A stretch of DNA of 63,223 nt, counting the filler. It is 4 parts of 4 records of this genome, joined end to end, with 100 filler letters (N's around TTAATTAATTAA, not from the genome) between each part and the next. Parts side by side here need not be neighbours in the genome. Positions count along the whole stretch, not along the records: positions 51,756 to 63,223 come from SRR31147125_17334; 3 more parts are not named here. One strand, written 5' to 3'. Position numbers and translations under genes: made by a program. The notes below the pieces were generated by a model. That model worked only from the letters and a program-made list of their open reading frames with translations, searched no databases and was not told the origin of the DNA. Below are positions 52,133-61,979 of this stretch, piece by piece; within the stretch, counting starts at the first letter, position 1, and each line of letters opens with the position of its first letter.

Positions 52133-54556
52133 TCAATGAGACAGTTTGATAATAATATCGATCATATTCGAATCAATTTCGCCCACATCCAATCTATTTC
52201 CCTCTAGCTCTACCCCATTTACGATCATGGATTTTACACCTGAATTCAAATGATCGGGATTTTGGATTGTGATATTCAGTGTTTTTCCCCGGAACTTACG
52301 TTTAATGCTGAAGCCTTCCCATTTTGATGGGATCTTAGGATCAATGATAAGACCTTTGTAATCGGCACGTATTCCGAGTAAATAAGACATGCCAATATAA
52401 TGCATCCAAACAGCAGAACCTGTCAACCATGAGTGAGACGCCTGCCCCATCGTTTCATGATCTGGAGACGTGACGTATTCACTATAAACGTAAGGTTCTG
52501 TTTCGTAACGGTCTATTCCGGCTTCTTCAGATGAATTTAATGGCATCATTTTGGAATAAAGCCTATTGGCATCTTCAATATTATCGTTCATTAAGGCTGC
52601 CATGATATACCAGGATGATGCGTGATTAAATATAGCACCATTCTCTTTTTTACCCGGAACGCAACGTGAAATCAAACCAACTGTATCATCTATTTCTGTA
52701 TATGATGGCCAGCAGATCTGCATACCAAGGGGTGTTTCGAGGTATTTTTTGCAGGCTTCAAGCGATCTTTGCGATCTTTCCTCATCTGCAACACCTGAAA
52801 TAACCGACCAGGTCTGTGCGTTCAGGAATAATTTGCCTTGTTCATCTTTGGCTGAGCCCACTGGAATACCATTATCACGATATGCACGTAAGTACCAGTC
52901 ACCATCCCAAGCTATGCTATTGATCGTATGCTTTAATTTTTGATATTCTTGTCTGAGTTCTTGTGCTTGATCATATTCTTTAACGAATTCAAGTAAATCA
53001 GCGGTTTCTTTAAGTGTATATGCCAGAAAAAATGCACCCCAAACCGTTTCTCCTTTTCCATCTGAACCGATATGATCCAGAGTGTCGTTCCAGTCGCCGT
53101 TCATGATCTTGGGCAAACCGTGTTCACCTGTCTCGGATAAAGCATATTTTATTGCCATAACGCAGTGATCAAGAACTCTTGCTTCACTTTCATCGTAGAA
53201 AGTTACCACTTCATCAAGAATGCCGGTATCGCCTGTTTCTTTGATATAGGACGAAACACCCAAGGGAATCCATAACGGTGTATCGGAATGGTGGGTCCTT
53301 TCTCCTGTTTTGACCAATTTAAAGTAGTTGTGAAGCGTGGAACCGTTCTTAAATTGGTATTGCATGGCGTTTAAGAGACGATCCCTGACTCGCCGGGGAT
53401 CAGACAGCAAAACACCGAAGATATCCTGAAATTGATCTCTCATCCCGGTTCCGAACAATAAACCGCCGTGATAAAATCCGGCATTTCGTGCCATATCAAA
53501 AGTAACGTGCGTTTGATAATAATTCCATGTTCCCAGCATGGTGTTCAAAGCTTCATCGGGTGTTTTGATCTCAATGTTTGAATAAATATCATCCCATTTG
53601 GCTTTAAGTGCGGCAAATTCCTTTGCAGCATAGCAGCTTTTTCGAATATCTTTGATATTCTTTCCGCCAATAATATCAAATTCATTACCGCTTTCTTTAT
53701 CAGAAAGCATCATCATGGTTGAAAAGGACTTAGATTCATACGCTTTTAGGGTTAATTCGGATTGCAGAGCTGCACAAGGTTCTCCGGCAGTGATCTCGGT
53801 ATTGTCCATTTTGCTGTTCTCGATGGCTTGCGGATCCGCTTCTGAACGCCATTTACCAATAAAGTGGTCTAAGGACGCATCAAAACCTTTTACCGGAAGG
53901 GTTGTCGTAAATAATACATGGTACTGCCAGTCGATATTCGGTTGTTTTACGCTGACACCTTTGTTTAGAACCCAATATCTGCGTGTTGCAACCAGGCTCT
54001 GATTTTCTTTATTAAAGTGAATATCGGTAAAATGTTTGTCATTCGGTTGATTGATCAAATCGTTCAGAGCATTTCCCATGAGCAATTCGGTGTAAGAGTA
54101 GACTTCCAATTTTCTCTCTTTGCCAGTAAGGTCTTTGATTTCCACATGCCATATCTCACCGGCATCCTTCAGCGGAACGAAATAGGTCAAAACAGCTTGA
54201 ATGCCCTTATATTCTGTTGTGATCTTTGAATATCCGCTGCCATGACGACATTCATACTTGTCATATTCAATATTAAGGGTGGGCGCCCAGGAAAGTGACC
54301 AGAACTCACCGGATTCAATATCTTTCAAATAGATGTAACGTCCGGGACGATCCCAAGGCAAGGAATTATAGCGCATGCGTGTAATGCGATTATCACGCGC
54401 AGATTGGTAATAGGAGAAGCCACCACCGGTATGAGATAAAAGTCCGGCGTAATTCTCATTCCAGATATAATTAAACCAGGGACGAGGCGTTCTTGGGTCA
54501 GTGATCACATATTCGCGCGCTTTATTGTCTACATAAGCATATTTATTCTTTAGCAT
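52133..54556 (-). CDS. GH94 glycoside phosphorylase, substrate unknown
   Basis: TPRPWFNY, DRPGRYIYLKD, YECRHG, GMRDQFQD, GDWND (catalytic Asp), GKKENGAIFNH, SWLTGSA. Confidence 0.92.
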   Translation of the reverse strand: MLKNKYAYVDNKAREYVITDPRTPRPWFNYIWNENYAGLLSHTGGGFSYYQSARDNRITRMRYNSLPWDRPGRYIYLKDIESGEFWSLSWAPTLNIEYDKYECRHGSGYSKITTEYKGIQAVLTYFVPLKDAGEIWHVEIKDLTGKERKLEVYSYTELLMGNALNDLINQPNDKHFTDIHFNKENQSLVATRRYWVLNKGVSVKQPNIDWQYHVLFTTTLPVKGFDASLDHFIGKWRSEADPQAIENSKMDNTEITAGEPCAALQSELTLKAYESKSFSTMMMLSDKESGNEFDIIGGKNIKDIRKSCYAAKEFAALKAKWDDIYSNIEIKTPDEALNTMLGTWNYYQTHVTFDMARNAGFYHGGLLFGTGMRDQFQDIFGVLLSDPRRVRDRLLNAMQYQFKNGSTLHNYFKLVKTGERTHHSDTPLWIPLGVSSYIKETGDTGILDEVVTFYDESEARVLDHCVMAIKYALSETGEHGLPKIMNGDWNDTLDHIGSDGKGETVWGAFFLAYTLKETADLLEFVKEYDQAQELRQEYQKLKHTINSIAWDGDWYLRAYRDNGIPVGSAKDEQGKLFLNAQTWSVISGVADEERSQRSLEACKKYLETPLGMQICWPSYTEIDDTVGLISRCVPGKKENGAIFNHASSWYIMAALMNDNIEDANRLYSKMMPLNSSEEAGIDRYETEPYVYSEYVTSPDHETMGQASHSWLTGSAVWMHYIGMSYLLGIRADYKGLIIDPKIPSKWEGFSIKRKFRGKTLNITIQNPDHLNSGVKSMIVNGVELEGNRLDVGEIDSNMIDIIIKLSH

Positions 54557-54563
54557 TCTTTCC

Positions 54564-57314
54564 TCAAATACTCAATTTTAATGTTTTGATCTTTTTAGGT
54601 GTCATTTCGATCTTATTCAGGTTTATATCCCCTATAAGCAGCTCTTCCATAGAGGTTTCCACGGCTTCTTTGATCTTGAATACACTCTTCAATTCTGTGA
54701 TCTGCATCACAGATGTCGGATTATACAGGCGCAAGACGTACGCGTTCTTTTCGCGATCTTGCGATTCTTTAATGCAGGATATGACAATTTGATCATTGCT
54801 TAATTCAAAGAATGATCTTCCGGACTTGATCTCCCCGCTTGTATTACCATGTTCCACAATGCGAAGCGATGTATTGTAGTTTAAGGCTGTTTCATAGAGT
54901 TTATCGACTTCTTCCATATTAAAAGGATAGAATGCAAAGCGTGCTTTTTGTTTTCCCATGCATTGCGAACCCTTTTGTTCACTATAATCTTGCTTTGAAC
55001 TGGGTTGAATAATGTAGCGAAAAGCCCTGAAAAGCGTGATAGCCAGCGTACTTTTATCCGGCAATACTTCGTATTCCTTTAAACCGTCCAGAAGCAATGC
55101 ACAAGCTTTTGTATCATCGTTTATGCTCATGAAATGATAAACCGGTTGATCATATTGGGGCTGTTCGACCCAGTCTGACGTGTCAGGACGGTCTGTAGAT
55201 CTCTCCACCACATCAAATTGTCCTTGTGCTTTTGAAGTTTCAGAAATGACATCCGTATCAAAGATCATTCTTAAACGATGATCTTCTGATGGATTATCAA
55301 TAAGTGATTCATATTCAATATATTGTGACGTCTTTCTCAGCGTGATGATCGTCTCGATCTTCATGTTTTTTGAAGCGATTCCTTGTTTTCTTTCCTCAAG
55401 GTTTTTCGCAATGGGAAGTCGATGGATCAACTTGATCTGTTGCATTAAGTCATTGTTAACAAGGACGTGAACAAAAGACGGAAGATCTTTAGGGGTAAAT
55501 ACCGGTTCCACTTTTTCGTGCGTCCAGGCATGACCGGATTCACCTTCATCTTCATAATAGCCGGTATTCTCTATCTTACGTCCGGAAGCTTTATGCAGAA
55601 TATTCAAAGTGCCGTCCATGTTCACATTGACTGAAAGATGTTCGTTTTCCAGTTTTGCGCCCTGCACAATAGCTTTTTGTTTAATTTCGGGAGTTCCTTC
55701 GACCGGATTTACCTTAAATGTGTTCAGACTAAGTCCCGGAAGTTTCTCAACAGCCATCAAAACATGGTAGCGTTTCATTCTAAAGTACATGGGACGGTCG
55801 ATCAGCTGCTCAAGTACCGGTTCTTCATCTTTGATCGACAGAATTTCCATCGAAATGGTGTTCCCATCCTTATCAAAGATCTCAACATTGCCTTTATCCA
55901 GGTTTTGTGGTATATCAGTATGTGCTTCAATGATCTCTGAACGTTCATATTGGGTCGTATTGATCACAGTTAAATGAATATCTTCAGGATTTTTCCCCGG
56001 ACAATTTATATTCTTTATAAGATACTTTGTCGCTTTCGAAAAAACGCTTTCAGCGATCTCGTTGATCTGTTTGTATCGATTGACCATATCTTCATGAATG
56101 GCATCCAGGGAACAACCGCCAATGGAATCATGTGCGGCATTTTCGATGAGCATGCGCCAGGCGATCCTCAAACTTTGATCGGAGATATCAAGTCCAAACA
56201 TACCCGCTATGGTATACAGAGGTTCGGCATATCTTTCCAACCATCTCTCAGCATCCGCGTTCATTTGTTTCAAATACATGCGTGCCGAAGTGATATAACC
56301 GTATAAATTACCGCTACGGTGGTCGTATTGCGCCGATCTGCGTTCGCCCGTGACTTTGCTCAGTTTCGTGCGATCGACGTCCTGAGCAAGGAATTTGGCG
56401 TAGTCTTCTAAAGTTGAATGACGAACATCCACATCCGGCATTAAGCGCTTGATATCTTTGATAATTCTTGTTGTTTTTGCATTTGGGCCACTGCTATCAT
56501 GACCTTCCATCCAAATAACGTGAGGCGAAGTAAAATCATCCACTTGTTCGTCGATCAGTTTACTCGTCCATTCTTTGACATTCTCTTCGTAGTAAGTATC
56601 ATTGGCATCGGCTAAGGAATAATCTTCATTAAACTGTTTTTTATCGGCCAGATGAATAGGCGATCCTCCCCTTTTCCAGTCATATTCTACGTCATGTGGT
56701 GTTTCATTGAAAATAAGCGGCCGATACAGAAAGAAATAGAAGTTATAGCGTGGCATTGTTGAAAATCGCGATGCAAGGGCTTCTGTTCCATCAGCTCCGG
56801 TCCAAAGGAATTCAGCCTTTTTACTATCCAGTGAATTCATTCCTCTGTAGAACATGATCAGATCGATATCGAATCCTTTGTACAATTGCGGCAATTGTGA
56901 GATCTGACCCCAGGAAAAAGGCGAATAACCGATCTTAGATACTTTCCCGAATTCTTTACAGGTTTCGTGACCTAAAAGCAGATTGCGAATAAGATTTTCA
57001 CCCGAGATCATAAATTCGTCCGGAAGAATATACCAGGGACCGATGAATAGACGGTCTTCTTTGACGTATTTTTCAATTATCGTTTTCTTTTCAGGTCTGA
57101 TTTCAAGGTAATCACGCAGGACAATGGATTGAGAATCCAGGTGAAAGGCCCTGTAATCGGGATCATTCTCAAGAATTTCCAGAACAGAATCGATCATTTC
57201 GACCAGATGTTGGCGATTTTTCTGGAATGGGAAACGCCATTCGCGATCCCAGTGTGTGTTGGAAATAACGTGAAATACTTTATCTTTATATTCTTTGGGC
57301 ATATATTTTCTCAC
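54564..57314 (-). CDS. GH38 alpha-mannosidase-fold protein, atypical (nucleophile Asp replaced by Phe)
   Basis: SNTHWDREW, FHLDSQ, IGPWYILPDEF, ENLIRNLLLG, AHDSIGGC, DHRLR; GYSPFSWGQ in place of GYxPDxFG. Confidence 0.9.
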   Translation of the reverse strand: MRKYMPKEYKDKVFHVISNTHWDREWRFPFQKNRQHLVEMIDSVLEILENDPDYRAFHLDSQSIVLRDYLEIRPEKKTIIEKYVKEDRLFIGPWYILPDEFMISGENLIRNLLLGHETCKEFGKVSKIGYSPFSWGQISQLPQLYKGFDIDLIMFYRGMNSLDSKKAEFLWTGADGTEALASRFSTMPRYNFYFFLYRPLIFNETPHDVEYDWKRGGSPIHLADKKQFNEDYSLADANDTYYEENVKEWTSKLIDEQVDDFTSPHVIWMEGHDSSGPNAKTTRIIKDIKRLMPDVDVRHSTLEDYAKFLAQDVDRTKLSKVTGERRSAQYDHRSGNLYGYITSARMYLKQMNADAERWLERYAEPLYTIAGMFGLDISDQSLRIAWRMLIENAAHDSIGGCSLDAIHEDMVNRYKQINEIAESVFSKATKYLIKNINCPGKNPEDIHLTVINTTQYERSEIIEAHTDIPQNLDKGNVEIFDKDGNTISMEILSIKDEEPVLEQLIDRPMYFRMKRYHVLMAVEKLPGLSLNTFKVNPVEGTPEIKQKAIVQGAKLENEHLSVNVNMDGTLNILHKASGRKIENTGYYEDEGESGHAWTHEKVEPVFTPKDLPSFVHVLVNNDLMQQIKLIHRLPIAKNLEERKQGIASKNMKIETIITLRKTSQYIEYESLIDNPSEDHRLRMIFDTDVISETSKAQGQFDVVERSTDRPDTSDWVEQPQYDQPVYHFMSINDDTKACALLLDGLKEYEVLPDKSTLAITLFRAFRYIIQPSSKQDYSEQKGSQCMGKQKARFAFYPFNMEEVDKLYETALNYNTSLRIVEHGNTSGEIKSGRSFFELSNDQIVISCIKESQDREKNAYVLRLYNPTSVMQITELKSVFKIKEAVETSMEELLIGDINLNKIEMTPKKIKTLKLSI

Positions 57315-58609
57315 TTCTTCATGAATAGATGATGTTTTAACAGGACTTCCGGCAATCCGCCCTGCACGATATGTGATGCTGCAGACAGATCATGACCTGA
57401 TGTCTCTGCAAATGGTAAGGCGATGGCACAAGGAATTCCCGCTGCTCTAATGGCAATGGTTCCGCTTTCGCTGTCTTCAAATCCCATGACTTTATCCATA
57501 TCGTTAAGATCAATATGCAAAGTGTTCAAAGCAATGCTATACAAATCACGATGTGGTTTAAGTCTGATCTCGTGTGAATCATTGGCTGTTACAAAAGCGT
57601 CGTAAACGCGATGGTAATCGGAAAAAGCCCAATCCAATTCCCGTTTTTTAGTTGCTTTTAGCGGCCAGGCGCTGATCTCTTTCTTTATAGCTTCGAATAC
57701 CTGTTTGATCACAATATCCGCCTCATAAAAGATAGATGATGTAACCAAAGCCAATTTCACGGGATCTTGTTTAAAATATTCAGCTAAAGCATTAAGATCG
57801 GTATCATTATCAAATTCCAATCCGGTTTTTATCAAGTAATCTTCCATCAATATTGGTGTAAGGTACTTAAGGTCATCAGCCGACAACCAGCCTTTGATAA
57901 GTGAGATAAATATTGCAACACCGGGCATGGGTTCGATCAGGTTATCCATGCTCATGTCGTGGATCAATTCATTCATGGGAATTGTTTCATTCTTATCTAT
58001 TGCCATCAGAATTTCGTGGTATCGCTGGTAATATATGTCGATGGAAGCTCTGACGATCTTGCTTTTTGAATCTATCAGACAAGATTTTTTGTATTTTCGA
58101 AACAATTCTTTATTTGAAAGCTCAACATCGTTCTCAATGCCTTCACAATTCAATATTTTACAGGAAATCTTAACTTCTTTCACTCTTGAAGGATCTTTCC
58201 CAAAACGAAAAAACCAGGCTGCCGATTCAATAAATGCTTTTCTAATAGCTTTTTCATCAATATTAAATCGATAGGTATCAATAAGGTATTCGACATGTCT
58301 TGTTGTGCTGTTGCCGATGATATGCGGATAATCTTTTTCTTCATCCAATCCGGGCCAAGCAGAAAGATCCATGCGATCCGATATTTTACGTATCATAAAT
58401 TCTAAAGAATGAATGCAAAGATTTTCAGTTGTGGTTGTGGTACCGTCCATATCGCAAACAATGGTTTGAATATCTTTCAGTTCTTTCTTTTTCTTTGCTA
58501 AAGGAGCGTATTCATAACGTGGGAATACACCTTCGGGGTTTTTAATACAGGCAAATTCCCCTTTGGGCAGTTTATCAATGGTTGTTTTATGTGAAACGAT
58601 CTTCTTCAT
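57311..58609 (-). CDS. HAD family phosphatase/mutase with a large inserted cap
   Basis: DMDGT, LVTSS, LKPHRDLY, GFEDSESG; 432 aa. Confidence 0.85.
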   Translation of the reverse strand: MKKIVSHKTTIDKLPKGEFACIKNPEGVFPRYEYAPLAKKKKELKDIQTIVCDMDGTTTTTENLCIHSLEFMIRKISDRMDLSAWPGLDEEKDYPHIIGNSTTRHVEYLIDTYRFNIDEKAIRKAFIESAAWFFRFGKDPSRVKEVKISCKILNCEGIENDVELSNKELFRKYKKSCLIDSKSKIVRASIDIYYQRYHEILMAIDKNETIPMNELIHDMSMDNLIEPMPGVAIFISLIKGWLSADDLKYLTPILMEDYLIKTGLEFDNDTDLNALAEYFKQDPVKLALVTSSIFYEADIVIKQVFEAIKKEISAWPLKATKKRELDWAFSDYHRVYDAFVTANDSHEIRLKPHRDLYSIALNTLHIDLNDMDKVMGFEDSESGTIAIRAAGIPCAIALPFAETSGHDLSAASHIVQGGLPEVLLKHHLFMKK

Positions 58610-58610
58610 G

Positions 58611-60044
58611 TTACTCCGATATCAATGTAATGCCTTTTTCAAGAAAAAGTGCAACTTCTTCCTCGCTTTGCCCTTCAGCATAAATTCGCATCAGGGGTTC
58701 GGTTTCAGATGCTCTCAGCAATAACCATCTGCAGGAACCTTCCAGACGGAATTTCAGTCCGTTAACAATACCGCGTGAACTGTTAAAAGCTTCGATATCC
58801 AGGATTTTCAATCCTGCAAATGTCGTTAATTTCTTATCATAAAGCGTCGGAAGGATCGATATCCTGTCCGGTCGGTCGAATTTATGGTCTATGCGATCAT
58901 AATAAATCTTTCCAAATTGTTTTCTTTTTGCTTCAACAAATTTGGATAGCTTTTTATAACCTGATTTTGCCAACATTTCAAGAAAAAGCAATGCGGAAAA
59001 TATTCCATCTCTTTCCGGCATATGAAAACTGTAGCCGAAACCGCCGCTTTCCTCGCAACCGATGGCTGCCCATGTCTTTAACATCTGTTCACAAATGTAC
59101 TTGAATCCGACTTGAACTTCATATAAAGGATGTTCTTCGGAAGCAAGTTGACTTATTTTATCGGTAACCGAGGATGTTTTAACAATACATCCTTCTTCCT
59201 TCCTGACATTGATCACATAATCTGTCAAATATAGAATGGTTTCCTGTGCGCTTAGCCATTCACCGTTTTCCATCATCACGCCAAGTCTGTCCGCATCCCC
59301 ATCGGTAGCAAACCCGCAACAATATTCGTTGCTTGCTTTCAGTGCCGCAGCGAGCGGTTTTAAATTCTTTTCAATCGGCTCGGCATAACGTCCGGAAAAA
59401 TCTTGAGTTGCATCACCATAGATAGTTTTACATGGGATGTCATATTGGAAAAGATATTCATCAATAAAAGTCTGTCCTGCACCTCCCATTGAATCTATTA
59501 AAGGCATAATTTCGGCATAATAAATAGCATTAAAATCAATGTGACTGTGAATAATTCTATGATATTCATCCAACTCATCAATTATCATACCAATACATCC
59601 ATGAAAAAATGTATCAGTAAGTAATGATTCAACTTTTCTGGTCTCCTCGGTCATAAAGGGACCACCATAATTAGCTTTGAATTTAACACCATTATATTGA
59701 GGTGGATTATGTGAGGCCGTAATCATGACCCCGGCAGTATAATTAAACCAACGTGTTAGATAAGATATCATTGGAGTGGCGACGATACCATCTTGTACAA
59801 AAGAGTCAATTCTTAACCCCTTCAATACAAGATTAAAGGTATTGGCAAGTTCTTTAGATCCTTTTCGTCCATCATATCCAATAATACAACTTGCTTTTTC
59901 TTTTTTATTCTTTAAATAACGACCAAAAGCTGATGCAACCAAAGCAACACTTTGACTATTTACTTCTTTTTCAATTAATCCTCTCCAACCATCTGTACCA
60001 AAGATGATCTTTGGAGGGTTCTTTACTGTAATTATCGGATTCAT
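58611..60044 (-). CDS. Alpha-D-phosphohexomutase (PGM/PMM family)
   Basis: FGTDGWRG, TASHNP (phospho-Ser), DGDADR, VGFKY, EESGG, RASETEP. Confidence 0.95.
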   Translation of the reverse strand: MNPIITVKNPPKIIFGTDGWRGLIEKEVNSQSVALVASAFGRYLKNKKEKASCIIGYDGRKGSKELANTFNLVLKGLRIDSFVQDGIVATPMISYLTRWFNYTAGVMITASHNPPQYNGVKFKANYGGPFMTEETRKVESLLTDTFFHGCIGMIIDELDEYHRIIHSHIDFNAIYYAEIMPLIDSMGGAGQTFIDEYLFQYDIPCKTIYGDATQDFSGRYAEPIEKNLKPLAAALKASNEYCCGFATDGDADRLGVMMENGEWLSAQETILYLTDYVINVRKEEGCIVKTSSVTDKISQLASEEHPLYEVQVGFKYICEQMLKTWAAIGCEESGGFGYSFHMPERDGIFSALLFLEMLAKSGYKKLSKFVEAKRKQFGKIYYDRIDHKFDRPDRISILPTLYDKKLTTFAGLKILDIEAFNSSRGIVNGLKFRLEGSCRWLLLRASETEPLMRIYAEGQSEEEVALFLEKGITLISE

Positions 60045-61288
60045 ACTTCCCTGATCGTGATCTTTTTGTTTATCGCTTTAGCGGCAATTCTACCGGCTGC
60101 TTCACCTGTTGCAGCGCATGTGGGCATAATGCGCAGAGCTGCTTGTCCCTCTCTGGTAGATGAAATACATCTACCGGCCGCTTGTAGATTTGAGACACCT
60201 TTTACGAATAAAGCCCATTTAGGTATATCGTAATATTCGCCTTCCGGCAGTTCTTCCATGATATTCTCATCTTCTTTTTGACCGTGGATATCGATCCCGT
60301 AGCATGCTTTTGCGATCGCGAAATCAAACTTACGGCCTTCCCTGATATCAGAAGTCGACATTACATAATCACCGACAGCTCTACGGGTTTCACGGACTCC
60401 TACCCTGTCCGCAACTTGTGCCAATTCCGCCTGTTCAAATCCGGGAAGTTCTTTCAGTATTTTGACAATATCAGCGATCTGTGTTCGCCCTTCAAGATAA
60501 GCATCTTCAAGGTTTTTTGCTGAAGTTCCATCGTATCCCAGCAGATTTGTGCAATTGAATGAAGCTGTTCCCAGCTCAGGTAAAGTGCAGTAAAAAATGT
60601 ATTGAACAGAATTTGAAAGCCTTTTTTCTTTTCTAGCCATCAAAATATGAGAAAAATAACCCGCCACGGATGAAATATGTTTTGGATCGTAAGCTTTTGT
60701 TGACCATGGAAAGAAATCTTCAGGATTTTCCTGTACGTAAGCTATTGCTTTTTCAAGATCAATATTTTTCATTTTGAAAAAAAGCGTCATAGCTTGTTGA
60801 TCCTGGGATATTTCAAAAGGTGCATCCGCTAACCAGGTTAAAACCGCATCACCGCTTGTATCGATGAATTGTTCTGCTTTTACTTTGATCGTTGCATCAT
60901 CTGAGCTCAGGATCAATTCTTTTATACGTGTAACATCTCTTTCAACTTCTATCAAGGATGTATTGAGTAATAATTCTACGCTACTCTTTTGTAGCATCTC
61001 CATAGCAACTTCCCTGAAAACAGCGGCCGAAAAACCGTTATCCAGCATACCGCCCTTTTCCCTCATTTCATCTTGAAGTTCTTTGAAAACACCTTCAACA
61101 AGTGCCTTACCGTCAATTTCATGTTTCATGAATGGTGAAACAAGTCCACCCGTGGCCATTCCGCCAATATATGAAAAAGATTCGACCAAAAGGACCTTAG
61201 CACCAGTCCGGGCTGCAGAAACGGCAGCGCAGATACCGGCGATGCCGGCTCCAACGATAGCAATATCCGTTTTGATCGTTCTTGACAT
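60041..61288 (-). CDS. FAD-dependent oxidoreductase (FAD_oxidored-like family, function unknown)
   Basis: VGAGIAG, GGMATGGLV, IDTSGDA, GVRETRR, YDIP, AGRCIS, ALRIMPTC..TGEAAG. Confidence 0.88.
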   Translation of the reverse strand: MSRTIKTDIAIVGAGIAGICAAVSAARTGAKVLLVESFSYIGGMATGGLVSPFMKHEIDGKALVEGVFKELQDEMREKGGMLDNGFSAAVFREVAMEMLQKSSVELLLNTSLIEVERDVTRIKELILSSDDATIKVKAEQFIDTSGDAVLTWLADAPFEISQDQQAMTLFFKMKNIDLEKAIAYVQENPEDFFPWSTKAYDPKHISSVAGYFSHILMARKEKRLSNSVQYIFYCTLPELGTASFNCTNLLGYDGTSAKNLEDAYLEGRTQIADIVKILKELPGFEQAELAQVADRVGVRETRRAVGDYVMSTSDIREGRKFDFAIAKACYGIDIHGQKEDENIMEELPEGEYYDIPKWALFVKGVSNLQAAGRCISSTREGQAALRIMPTCAATGEAAGRIAAKAINKKITIREV

Positions 61289-61289
61289 C

Positions 61290-61979
61290 TTAATCTTTCA
61301 TCTTTTCTACATATTTCATGGTCATGATCCTCGGACGTGTGATCACAGTACCGACGACCACCGCATAAGCGCCTGCGTTAAGTGCCGCTTTGGCATCCTC
61401 CGGAGAGGATATACGTCCCTCAGCAATGATGGGAATATCCACTTTTTCAGATAATTCTTTTATCAATTTTAGATTCGGTTTTCCATCCTTATCAGCTTCG
61501 GTTTCGGCTGTATACCCGTTCAAAGTTGATGACAAGCAATCCGCACCTGCTTCAGCACAAGCAAGTGCATCTTTCAAGCAGGAAATATCGGCCATGATGG
61601 GTTTTTGATATGTTTCTTTCATCTTTGCAATGAATTCCGGACCGGTCAAGCCATCCCAGAATCGCAGTGTCCCATCAATGGCCACCATATCGCAGCCAAT
61701 TTTATAGAGTTTTTCAACATCTTCCGGTGAACGTGTGATCTTTACGTATCCATCATTAAATTCAGCTTTTGTGATCCCGATCACAGGAAGTGCAATATTC
61801 TGAATTATATGATCTGTTTTTCTTATCCCACAGGAACGAATCGCTGCTGCACCGCCCATTTCAGCCGCTCGTGCGAACAGGGTTACACCATCCGGTGTAT
61901 TGAATGGATCGTTATCTTCCGCTTGACAGGAGACGATCAAGCCCTTTTTAAGTTTGGCAAATAGTTCTTTTGCGGACAT
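61290..61979 (-). CDS. nanE: N-acetylmannosamine-6-phosphate 2-epimerase
   Basis: GLIVSCQA, GGAAAIR, PVIGITK (catalytic Lys), IMADIS, TLNGYT, IAEGRI, VVVGTVITRP. Confidence 0.93.
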   Translation of the reverse strand: MSAKELFAKLKKGLIVSCQAEDNDPFNTPDGVTLFARAAEMGGAAAIRSCGIRKTDHIIQNIALPVIGITKAEFNDGYVKITRSPEDVEKLYKIGCDMVAIDGTLRFWDGLTGPEFIAKMKETYQKPIMADISCLKDALACAEAGADCLSSTLNGYTAETEADKDGKPNLKLIKELSEKVDIPIIAEGRISSPEDAKAALNAGAYAVVVGTVITRPRIMTMKYVEKMKD

